In this document: positions 11,474 to 20,882 of the stretch, piece after piece
Position numbering within the stretch: position 1 is the first letter of the stretch
Layout: every line of letters starts with the position of its first letter
Assembly: GCA_044892505.1 (NCBI GenBank)
Contig: CM097884.1
Coordinates: 115,382,001-115,446,000 of the forward strand
Direction: 5' to 3'
Source of the DNA: Schmidtea nova
Lineage: Eukaryota
DNA: 64,000 nt
Made by a program: the position numbers and the translations under genes
Notes under the pieces: model-generated
Seen by the model: the letters and a program-made list of their open reading frames with translations, nothing else
Database searches by the model: none
What the model was told of the DNA's origin: nothing

Positions 11474-12877
11474 CTACGGCTTTCTTACTTCGATAATCAG
11501 ATACAGGATATTATTTACCAAATATAATGATTGTTCTGTGGTTAAATAATGTAATGCAATAAAACGTGGATTTCCTACAGCTACGTTGTAGTCTTCGATC
11601 GGCTTCCTATAAGCTGCTTCTACCTTCTTCAAGTTTGGTCTGAATACTTCCCGAACGTTGTTTTCCTTTGTTCCGATCATCATAGTTATATCGCAATCGT
11701 AGGGCCATTCTAACCAATCGTCATAATCTCCTTTACATATTTGAAAATATACAGATAAATGAGTTCCGGCTCCTAGTCCGTCTCCCGTTAGATATACTTT
11801 GAATCTAAGCTTGTAACCATGTTTCCAACTGTGACAAGGTGGACTTGTCCATACACGTTGACCTCCTTCTCTTGCTAGTCTCAATTTCTCTGTAAATTCT
11901 GTGATTTTCCAATAGTAGGGTGTGACGGGTAGTTCTTCCATTGTTGGCAATATGCTTTCCAATCTTTGTTGGATTGTTGATATTTCTGCTATTTTCTGGT
12001 CTAATAGTATCATTTTTTGGATCATTTGTTCTCTTATTCTTTCAAAATTTCCTCTCGTATCCAAAATCTCTTGTATCATGATTTTGTGAGATTTTATTTC
12101 TGTGTTGGCTTCTCCAATTACCAGTGCGGTTGCTCCAATAGCTTCCACAACGGTTCTCAAATGATTTACACTATTTTCATCTACATGCTTTTGTATTTCC
12201 TCTTTTGGTAATCTCACTTTGCAATTGAATAATTTTAGTGGACATGCAGTAGGCTTCTTTTCGCATATTTCCCAATGTTCTTTTAGCTTCACGTTTTCTG
12301 CCATTCCACATTGATTACAATTACCTTCATACTCGTCACATACTTGCCCTTCTTCTATATTCCAATGCTCATCTTTTAACACTATCCAAGCGTCTGTTTC
12401 GTTGCAAAACTCACATATTTCCTGTCGTTGTTCACACATTTCCTCATGACTGTCTTTGACTTTCTTCAACATTTCTTCTTCACACCACTTGCATTTGGCT
12501 TTCGTATCATCACAATTATAAAGGTGTTTGGCGATCCATTTTATTGGCCCACTCCATACACATGGTTTATTTGGACAGGTTGTTGCTGCGTTCATTATTT
12601 CCCGATTCATTGCGATATCTGGTCTGGTTTGGTCAAATTGGTCTATTATTGCTTCACCACATTCAGGACATAGCTTCTGTTTTGTTCGTATTATTTTCAT
12701 CACGCAATTAGTGCATATTCGACATCCACATTCAGTTTGTCTGGGTTCTATCAATAAATTTCTACATACTTTACATTTAAATCTTTCTTGAAATTCTGTT
12801 GGTTCTATCCGTTGTCTCTGTAGTATCTGATATAGTTCGATCAATTCCTCTTGTTTCTGCTGATTCTCGGTCTGCAT
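11474..12877 (-). CDS. TNF receptor-associated factor (TRAF2/3/5-like): RING, TRAF zinc fingers, coiled coil, MATH
   Basis: RING CKVC...ECGCRICTNC...CPEC; several Zn fingers; MATH signature GYKLRFKVYLTGDGLGAGTHLSVYFQICKGDYDDWLEWP. The ORF is open from 12937; probable ATG 12877. Confidence 0.95.
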   Translation of the reverse strand: MQTENQQKQEELIELYQILQRQRIEPTEFQERFKCKVCRNLLIEPRQTECGCRICTNCVMKIIRTKQKLCPECGEAIIDQFDQTRPDIAMNREIMNAATTCPNKPCVWSGPIKWIAKHLYNCDDTKAKCKWCEEEMLKKVKDSHEEMCEQRQEICEFCNETDAWIVLKDEHWNIEEGQVCDEYEGNCNQCGMAENVKLKEHWEICEKKPTACPLKLFNCKVRLPKEEIQKHVDENSVNHLRTVVEAIGATALVIGEANTEIKSHKIMIQEILDTRGNFERIREQMIQKMILLDQKIAEISTIQQRLESILPTMEELPVTPYYWKITEFTEKLRLAREGGQRVWTSPPCHSWKHGYKLRFKVYLTGDGLGAGTHLSVYFQICKGDYDDWLEWPYDCDITMMIGTKENNVREVFRPNLKKVEAAYRKPIEDYNVAVGNPRFIALHYLTTEQSLYLVNNILYLIIEVRKP

Positions 12878-12971
12878 TCTAAAATAATTTATAATTTTTT
12901 CGTTTTGCTTTTTATACCAAGTTTTATTCATATTCACATTTTTACATTTTATTTACACTGGTTTTAAATTT

Positions 12972-13607
12972 TTATAATAGTTCATCCCTTCCCGTCGAGT
13001 CAGGTTCTCGAACCGATTCTGGAAAATTGTCTAACCAGTTATACCATGCTCTGACTTCTTCTCGCGTCTCATTCAATCTTCTAATTTCGTTTGTTTGCCA
13101 CTCCGTATGTCTTGTTAACCATTCAATTCTCTGGTCCTTTTGGATTATCATTTGTTGTTGTTCTTCCATTTTAGCAAGATATAATAAATTTCTGTTTACA
13201 CTTTCTGTTAACAAAGCTTGTTCGTTTTTCCATTGTGCATAGGCTTGATTCAACATCCTGCTTATTAATTCACATTGCGTTTTCCATGATAACTCTTGCG
13301 TCATTGTCTGCTGATAAACCATCGGAGCTGATATTGATTGAGTCTGGCTATTTGTTGGTTGTTGATTTAATACGAATGTCGTTTGAATTGGGTTCATGGT
13401 TTCATCAAATAGTGGAATTTCGACTTGGTATATCAGGTTTCTATCATCAATTGTTGGATTTTGCGTTTCATTTTCGATTACTGGGGTTTGCAGTGACCCT
13501 TCTCTTTCTCGTATATTGGTATCTTCTGGAAACTGAGTTTGATTTGATGGTTCATTGAACGTTGGAACTGATGTTTGATAACTTTGATTCTCGTTGTTCG
13601 AATTCAT
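12972..13607 (-). CDS. ~211-aa orphan: N/Q/T-rich N-terminus plus C-terminal coiled coil
   Basis: Intact ORF co-oriented with the other cargo genes and with similar A-rich composition; no family recognised. Confidence 0.7.
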   Translation of the reverse strand: MNSNNENQSYQTSVPTFNEPSNQTQFPEDTNIREREGSLQTPVIENETQNPTIDDRNLIYQVEIPLFDETMNPIQTTFVLNQQPTNSQTQSISAPMVYQQTMTQELSWKTQCELISRMLNQAYAQWKNEQALLTESVNRNLLYLAKMEEQQQMIIQKDQRIEWLTRHTEWQTNEIRRLNETREEVRAWYNWLDNFPESVREPDSTGRDELL

Positions 13608-13758
13608 TTCTGTCAATAATTACACAATATTATCATTTGTTTTTCCCAGTTTTGAGGTATTCATTTTTTTGGATTTTTAAATTTTTATTATACTAATATA
13701 TTCTACTTTTATAATACAATATAATTTTATACACTATATACACTGTTCCTTCCACTGG

Positions 13759-16700
13759 TTACTCTGACAACTTGCGTTTCGACGACATCCTGATGTTCTC
13801 ATCTGGCTCGTCGGTTAATATGACTTTTATGTCTTCTTGGGTGACTTTTGAACCATTATGTGCTACTATCTGGCATACGAGTGTTCTAAACATTTCTTGT
13901 GATGCTTTCTTTTTGTAAACACAGATTTTATATTTTGTTTCTCGTTTTAATCCATTTATTCGGATTTCTCCTCCTTCTGCTCGTTGACATTTGACTGGAT
14001 TATCTCCTTTAATTTGCAATTTGCCTCTACTCCAACATGCTTCTTCATTATCTGCTCCTTGTATTAATATTTGTACTGGTTTTCTTTTGTCATCAGCTTC
14101 CGTTCCTTTCAATGCTGACAGCATCAATATCAGTAATATTATGTCTTTTATTCGAGTTTTATGTAGACATGCTGTTCGATTTTCATAATTTGAAGTTTCT
14201 TGCTTGGGTTCATCACTTTTGTTCCCAATTTCATCGTTATTGCTGTTTCCATCATCTTTCTCGTCTTTGTCATTGTTTCTGTTGATACTTTCATTGTCAT
14301 CTTTCTTTGTTTTGTTGTTATTATTCTCTTCATCTTCATCGTCAGGCTCATTGTGATCATCAGAACCACCCTCGGTTCCGATTAAAATGTCGTCCTCGAC
14401 ATTTATTAATTTTATTATTTCCTCATATCTTTTAGCTATTTCGTCTGCTTCGGCTTTTATATTTGCTCTCTTGGTTATTTCATCTTTGACGTTGTTCCAG
14501 CTTCGGTGAATTCTGCTTTCTTTTATATTTTCTTTCCATATGATAACTTGCTGATATAATTCCTGTCTTTTAGCTCCAATTCTTTCTTTTTCTTTTTTGT
14601 TGTTCGTAAACCTGAAATCAGGTCTTTGCAGCAATGCTTTAATCGTTTTATACATTTTCCATTTTCTTTTCATGGCTCTTTTCATTATCATATTTTCACC
14701 GTCTTCAAATCTGTCATTGACATTTATCACTCCTTCGTGCGTAACTGGATGTAACCATTTAATCATTTTTGCTGTTGTTTCGTCGGCATCTTTGTTCACT
14801 GCATTTACTAATGGATTTGGATCTGAACTGAGTACTTCAATATCTTCCTCTGTGGCATTTGACATAATATATTTGATTATTTGATGGTTATTTGCTTGCA
14901 CTGCATAAGATAACACCGTTTCATTTTTATCATCTCTTTCTTTAAAACTTGATCCGGTTCTCATCAGTTCTGCTATGAGTTTCTTGGATCCTCCTTTTTC
15001 AATTGCTACCATCAAGGGTGTTTGATCTTTCCAGTTTTTCGTGTTGGTATGTTGTTTACACTTTTCCATGAGTTTTATGATTTCAAACATTCTCTGTTCA
15101 TTCCCACTTTTTATTGCGTGGTATAATGGTATCTCATCTTTAAAACTGGCAATTGTAAGTAATATTGGTAATCTTTCTTTTATGGTATTCATCGCTTCTG
15201 TCGTTTCATTTCCTTTGGCATATTCCTCAACCATTAAGCTTACTCCTCCCAATATTTCAAATAGATTTTTACTTTTTGACCATTCTGGCATAATTTCTTT
15301 GGTAATCTCAATGATCAATTCCATCTTTTTGCGGTGCTCCATTTTTACATCGTCAACTACCTTAGGTTGTTCAGATATTGTTGTTGGCTGATTTACTTTT
15401 CTGCTCGTAGTTAATATACGATGTAGCCAATCGTCATTTTTATTCTCTCGAAACATATATACTTGTCCTTTTCTGGTTGTTTCTGGATTTGATTGTTCTA
15501 TCATTGTTTCTCTTGTGCAATTCTCTTCAATTTGGTGTTTCAACTTCATCGTATTCAAATCAATTACAGATCCTTTTAACAGTTTTGGTATTAAGTCTGT
15601 TCCAATAATGCATGAGGTACCCAGTTGTTTTATTACTGTCAAATAAGTTGATATTTTTATTTTCCTGTATTCGATGTTCGTCCATATTTTTCCAACGATA
15701 TTGACAGATTCTTTGCTGCATGTTATTACGTCTACTGATGTTTTCTCGATGCATAACCGTAACAATTCTGGTATCATATCGATATCTATTGCTGATATAT
15801 TTGCGCCAGTATCTATCATCGCGTCTACTTTTACGCCATTAACTTCGATGTTAATTGTAAGTGTTGGTCCAGCTGGAGTTTTCATCATTGCAATTATCGT
15901 TGTTTCGGGATTATCTTCACCTCTCGCTTTTCTGGTCAACTCGCTTCCTGCAATTTTATCAATAGTTAATTTATTACTTGTTTCGATTTGTATCGGGGCT
16001 ACACCGATTTCTATATCATCATCCAGCGATTCTCCATCATATTTCAAGTGAAATGGTAAATTGAATGGTAATCTCTCTTTTATCTCTTTGATCTTTGTTG
16101 TTAATGATACATTCATCTTTATTTCTTCTAGACTCGGAAACTGAATTTTCAATCTGCACATCTGTGGATCATCGTTTGTTTGTTCCAGTTGTTTCCATTT
16201 TCTCATGATGTCATCAAATTGTGTTGAATACCAAGGGCATAAACGTCTGCATTTCTCGATTTCTCTCACTATCAATCTCATGTTTGATATATTTGCACTA
16301 TTTTTTATAACCCATTTTAGTAATTCAGTTGTTGTTTCATATTGTTTTCCTGCACTCTTGCTTAGGTTACTGATTAATCGTTCGGTCTTTGACGTTTCCG
16401 TTTGTCTTGATCTCTCGAGCTTCGCTGATTTCCTCTTTTCCTCCGACTTCTGATTCATTTTCGTCATTTCTTCTATGGTAATGGTTAACAATCTTTGTGC
16501 CACTTCTTCTAATTTGATTGTCGTAGATTCATTCCATTTCTCGTCCATGCTACATGTGTCATCATCGCTTCTTCTTTCTCTTCTTTTTCGGTTATATTTC
16601 TCCACAAACTTCTTCTTTTCTTCTCCCTCCATATCTTTTACTGAAAATTCATATACATTTCCCTTTCTTTCAATTTCAACGTCTGGTAATTCGGCTATCA

Positions 16701-16869
16701 TTTCATTTACTTTTTCTTCGATATTCTGTTGTAGTTGCATTTTCATTGTTATTACTTCTTTTTCTTCTTCCTGCAAATTATCTTCTACATTTGAACTGGT
16801 TATTTTCTGCTCTTCTTTTAATAAATTATCTTCTGAGTTTGTACTGGTAACTTTCTGATTTTCCTCCAT
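13759..16869 (-). CDS. ~1,036-aa polyprotein: charged N-terminus, ubiquitin-like segment, retropepsin (DTG), ankyrin repeats, acidic linker, internal hydrophobic signal-like stretch
   Basis: VNGVKVDAMIDTGANISAI (DTG at 15805-15813) and IIGTDL flap/C-terminal motif; ankyrin-like PLYHAIKSGN, QTPLMVAIEKG, ETVLSYAVQANN; IILLILMLSAL near 14100-14146. The ORF track starts at TTG 16881; the first ATG is 16869. Confidence 0.8.
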   Translation of the reverse strand: MEENQKVTSTNSEDNLLKEEQKITSSNVEDNLQEEEKEVITMKMQLQQNIEEKVNEMIAELPDVEIERKGNVYEFSVKDMEGEEKKKFVEKYNRKRRERRSDDDTCSMDEKWNESTTIKLEEVAQRLLTITIEEMTKMNQKSEEKRKSAKLERSRQTETSKTERLISNLSKSAGKQYETTTELLKWVIKNSANISNMRLIVREIEKCRRLCPWYSTQFDDIMRKWKQLEQTNDDPQMCRLKIQFPSLEEIKMNVSLTTKIKEIKERLPFNLPFHLKYDGESLDDDIEIGVAPIQIETSNKLTIDKIAGSELTRKARGEDNPETTIIAMMKTPAGPTLTINIEVNGVKVDAMIDTGANISAIDIDMIPELLRLCIEKTSVDVITCSKESVNIVGKIWTNIEYRKIKISTYLTVIKQLGTSCIIGTDLIPKLLKGSVIDLNTMKLKHQIEENCTRETMIEQSNPETTRKGQVYMFRENKNDDWLHRILTTSRKVNQPTTISEQPKVVDDVKMEHRKKMELIIEITKEIMPEWSKSKNLFEILGGVSLMVEEYAKGNETTEAMNTIKERLPILLTIASFKDEIPLYHAIKSGNEQRMFEIIKLMEKCKQHTNTKNWKDQTPLMVAIEKGGSKKLIAELMRTGSSFKERDDKNETVLSYAVQANNHQIIKYIMSNATEEDIEVLSSDPNPLVNAVNKDADETTAKMIKWLHPVTHEGVINVNDRFEDGENMIMKRAMKRKWKMYKTIKALLQRPDFRFTNNKKEKERIGAKRQELYQQVIIWKENIKESRIHRSWNNVKDEITKRANIKAEADEIAKRYEEIIKLINVEDDILIGTEGGSDDHNEPDDEDEENNNNKTKKDDNESINRNNDKDEKDDGNSNNDEIGNKSDEPKQETSNYENRTACLHKTRIKDIILLILMLSALKGTEADDKRKPVQILIQGADNEEACWSRGKLQIKGDNPVKCQRAEGGEIRINGLKRETKYKICVYKKKASQEMFRTLVCQIVAHNGSKVTQEDIKVILTDEPDENIRMSSKRKLSE

Positions 16870-17637
16870 TTCTTTCTGCAAATCGGCTACAAACTTTCTA
16901 ATATTGTGGATTTTACTTCTTTATTTATCAGCTTTATTTCTTTTTAATTTCCTTTCGTCGTTTTTAATAGATTTGACTCTTTATCTTTCGACTTTACGAA
17001 CTTGGTTGGTTTGGTAATATTGTCAATTTGTGTTTAATATCGATTGCTGATCTTTCTTTTATCTTCAATTGGATCTTCTTTGATTTATTTTCTTTTACTT
17101 CTTTCCTTTTCAATTAGACTTCTTTTCTTCTTTTCTTCTATATATACCTCTTCAATAACTGATTGATTCGACTATCTCTTGGCTTGGCTTTGATCTGTTG
17201 GACAATCTAAATAAAAATATCGCTTCTTCATCGACGCCATTTACCCCCCTTTTATTCTGAGCTCAGATTTTAAATTATCTATATCTCGTAATAATTATCT
17301 ATATGGTCGTATCAGTTATCTATACCCTGATAATAATAATAATAATAGTAACAATAATAATAATATTACTAATACTATAATAACAGTATGATCATACTCA
17401 TCTCGGCATTTGAGGAAAAAATGTCTTGTTCGTTATCTATTCATGGCCATTATTTTATTTCCTAAGTATTTCTCGATGTCTTTTATCTGCTCTTATTAAC
17501 GGTTTGTATTACTACACCTTAAGTATTCGCGTTCAATGTTTTTCTCTGTCATAACAAAATTTTTTCTGCGCAGTTTTATTTAATTCTATCTCTCAAACGT
17601 TTTTCCTAAATTTCTCAACAATATCCATAAACATTGG

Positions 17638-18132
17638 ACTCTCAAAGTCTCTCACATACATGAACTCTCAAAGTTTCTCAATTATCTGGACTCTCAAAGT
17701 CTCTCATACATGAACTCTCAAAGTTTCTCAATTATCTGGACTCTCAAAGTCTCTCATACATGAACTCTCAAAGTTTCTCAATTATCTGGACTCTCAAAGT
17801 CTCTCAATTATCTGGACTCTCAAAGTCTCTCCCAGAGCGCTCAATTATCTGGACTCTCAAAGTCTCTAAATTACCTGGACTCTCAAAGTCTCTCAATTAT
17901 CTGGACTCTCAAAGTCTCTCAATTATCTGGACTCTCAAAGTCTCTCAATTATCTGGACTCTCAAAGTCTCTCAATTATCTGGACTCTCAAAGTCTCTCAC
18001 ATACATGAACTCTCAAAGTTTCTCAATTATCTGGACTCTCAAAGTCTCTCACATACATGAACTCTCAAAGTTTCTCAATTATCTGGACTCTCAAAGTCTC
18101 TCACATACATGAACTCTCAAAGTTTCTCAATT
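17638..18132. repeat. Tandem array of about 19 units of ~26 bp (ACTCTCAAAGTYTCTCA...)
   Basis: Units end in either ATTATCTGG or (CA)TACATGA and alternate A/B over part of the array; there are no unique spacers. Confidence 0.95.
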
Positions 18133-19192
18133 TTTCTCGGCCGTCTTCGATTATTCTCTTTATACTATTTAATCACTCGCTTTCCTATTCTCGATTTTTA
18201 ATTTTTCACAAATAAATTCGCTGTTACTGACTGGTTTTCTCAAATTGTTCTACTACTTCTCAATTACGAATCAATTCCCTAACTACCATGGTAGAATCTT
18301 TTCTTATTATACTATCATCTACTATAATCATCGAAATTCACTTTTTACTCTTTCGACTTTCTAAAATCTGCATCTGATTTTCTCAGCAACTTTCTCTTTA
18401 CTCATGTTACTGCCTTCTACCTCAGTGTACCAATCATGCCTTGGCAAACTGGTGTATAAGACGAACATTACGGGTTTAGCCCTTTCACCTAATTCAAAAT
18501 CGTAAAATAATCGCGTCAACTTGTTTCGCAATTTGTGATGATCAGTCACAAACGAAATTTATCGACATTTGCGATGGTTAACCTATTCTACTTTTTTCTC
18601 TTCAGGATAATCAAGTTTTTCCCATTTATTACAAACTATCTTTTGTCACAAAAAAAATTGGCGTACTATCTTTTGATAGCTCTATTAAAATTTGGCGTAC
18701 TATCTTTTGATAGCTCAGTTATGAATTTGTGGATTATTTTCTCGTTTCTACTCAGACACTCATTTCTCACTGTATTTCGGAAGGTTTCCTTATAAAATCA
18801 ACTCCTATAACGCTACTTATTGCTCGTCCTAATACATACATATTCATATATATAATGATCAGTATAATAATGATAATCAATATAATAATGGTAATAAGGA
18901 AGATTTATAGTAATAAAATTCGGATCATTATAATACTGATGATGAGGAAGATTTATAATAATAATAATAATAAAGGAAATTCAAAAAGAAAAGAAAAGTA
19001 ACTTTGTCACAAATTCCCATTTTCCTAATGTTTGATTTTTCGGCATTAGCCGTTACTTGTTATGTTTTTTACACGACTCTCAATCATTAATTACCTAGTG
19101 TTCTGTGTTTATTTAATTTTTACGACGATTTGGAGTACTGGATGATCGACGATGTTCAACACGACTAAAACATTTATTTCGAACGACATTCT

Positions 19193-19675
19193 TCACGAAC
19201 AAAATACCATGATTTTGTCATCAATTGTCTGTTTGCAGATTACGCATCTCTTTATTTCTCTAGAACACGGCTGGCAATAACACAAATGTCCGCATGGCAT
19301 GAATAAAATGTTCGCTTCTTTTTGTCGACAAATATAACATCTTTCGAACGAATCGATCTGTTGATTTATCGATTTCTCTAGCTTGTCCATGATTTTATCG
19401 ATTTTACCAATCCATTCTTGTATTTTCAGATTAAAATTCGGATTATTCAGTCGCAATCGTTGTAATTCGTAAATTGTTTCTAACGAAATATCGTTTGTTG
19501 TTCCTACAACTCCTGCAATCACTATTAGATTCTCAGGTTGTGGTCTAGGATTCAACAATAATTCATCTTTTATTCCATTTACTCGTTCGAGTTTCTCGCT
19601 CAACACCTGCAATGGGTCATCTTTAAAATCGAAAAACAACTCGATTCGTAGTAAAATATGCTCAATCGATTCCAT
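19193..19675 (-). CDS. 160-aa protein with C-terminal C3HC4 RING finger (IAP/MYLIP-like E3 ligase type)
   Basis: CYIC...PCGHLCYCQPC...CVIC motif near the C-terminus; intact ORF with TTTTAG directly before the ATG. Confidence 0.85.
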   Translation of the reverse strand: MESIEHILLRIELFFDFKDDPLQVLSEKLERVNGIKDELLLNPRPQPENLIVIAGVVGTTNDISLETIYELQRLRLNNPNFNLKIQEWIGKIDKIMDKLEKSINQQIDSFERCYICRQKEANILFMPCGHLCYCQPCSREIKRCVICKQTIDDKIMVFCS

Positions 19676-19781
19676 CTAAAATATTCATGATGACTGGTGT
19701 TTATAACTTTTTGAATTAACCATGCCTTATAATTTGAACGAAAAATAAAAACTTCAACAGCTATTTACACGAATTTTTATA

Positions 19782-19825
<44 letters not shown>

Positions 19826-20847
19826 TATTTTTGTATTTTTTCAAAACTACTATTAACAGAATAATCAGCCATTTTTATACATATTTTTTATATTTTTTTT
19901 TTATTTTTTATATTTTTATATTTTTAACTAACAGAATATTCAGCCATTTTTATACATATATTTTTATATTTTTATATTTTTATATTTTTATATTTTTATA
20001 ATTTTCTCCATTCGTCCATATTCGATATTTTTCGAATAAAATATTACAATAATCAGCCATTATGTACATAATTTTTATGATTTTTTTTTTTTTTATATTT
20101 TTATATTTTTTTGAATATACTAATATTTTCTATATAAAAAATAATTAAACATTTATTTACACAATTTTTTCATGATTTTTACACTTTTTATCAATTTTAA
20201 GATAATTATATTTTTATTTACTGTACTCGCAATTTTTCGGTAATTTTCCGCTTACTGAAATCAAATTTTGCGTATTCGAATATTTATTCTCTAAGTGATT
20301 CGCGTGAACTCCATCCCATATCTTATGGTCATATAACATCTCCTTTTACTAGGGTCCTAATTTTGTGCATCTCAAAATTTTCATATTTGCGTTAAGTCTC
20401 ACGTTTTCTTGTTTGATTCTGTATCATTATATTTGTTTTTAAGTCGTTGATAAATATTATTTTATGATTTCATAAGATTTTAGAGTTATTCCCGATTTCG
20501 ATTCCCGAATTGAGTCGCGATCAACATTCCAATATCACCATGCATCATTCTGACTTCAACAATCTATCTTTTTCAACATTCAAACTTCAAACTCATTAGA
20601 TTATATCATTCATTCTCTACTTTTATTATTATATTAATTAAAACAAACAATTTACGCATTGCTCCATTTTCGCCGTTATTTCTTTTAGACCCGATACTTT
20701 CCATGTCCTTCTTTGCCAACAAAAATAAAATTACAGGGGTCATACCTCAGTCATTCTCAATCAAATAACATAACATCGATATCGTTAGTAATAATAATGA
20801 CATCTACAGTAACACTCATGATAATAACAATAATAATAATAATATTG

Positions 20848-20882
<35 letters not shown>

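Noticed and set aside
6749-16858. Many plus-strand ORFs overlapping the cargo genes (e.g. 9495-9803, 13235-13558, 15674-16051, 16475-16858)
   Set aside because: Antisense shadows of A-rich minus-strand coding sequence; F/L/S-rich with no motifs.
17638-18132. CRISPR-like appearance of the 26-bp array
   Set aside because: No unique spacers, units are contiguous variants, the context is eukaryotic and there are no cas genes.
18361-18549. 62-aa minus-strand ORF inside the element
   Set aside because: GTG start just after a stop, no acceptor-ATG cassette and no recognisable motif; at most a gene relic.
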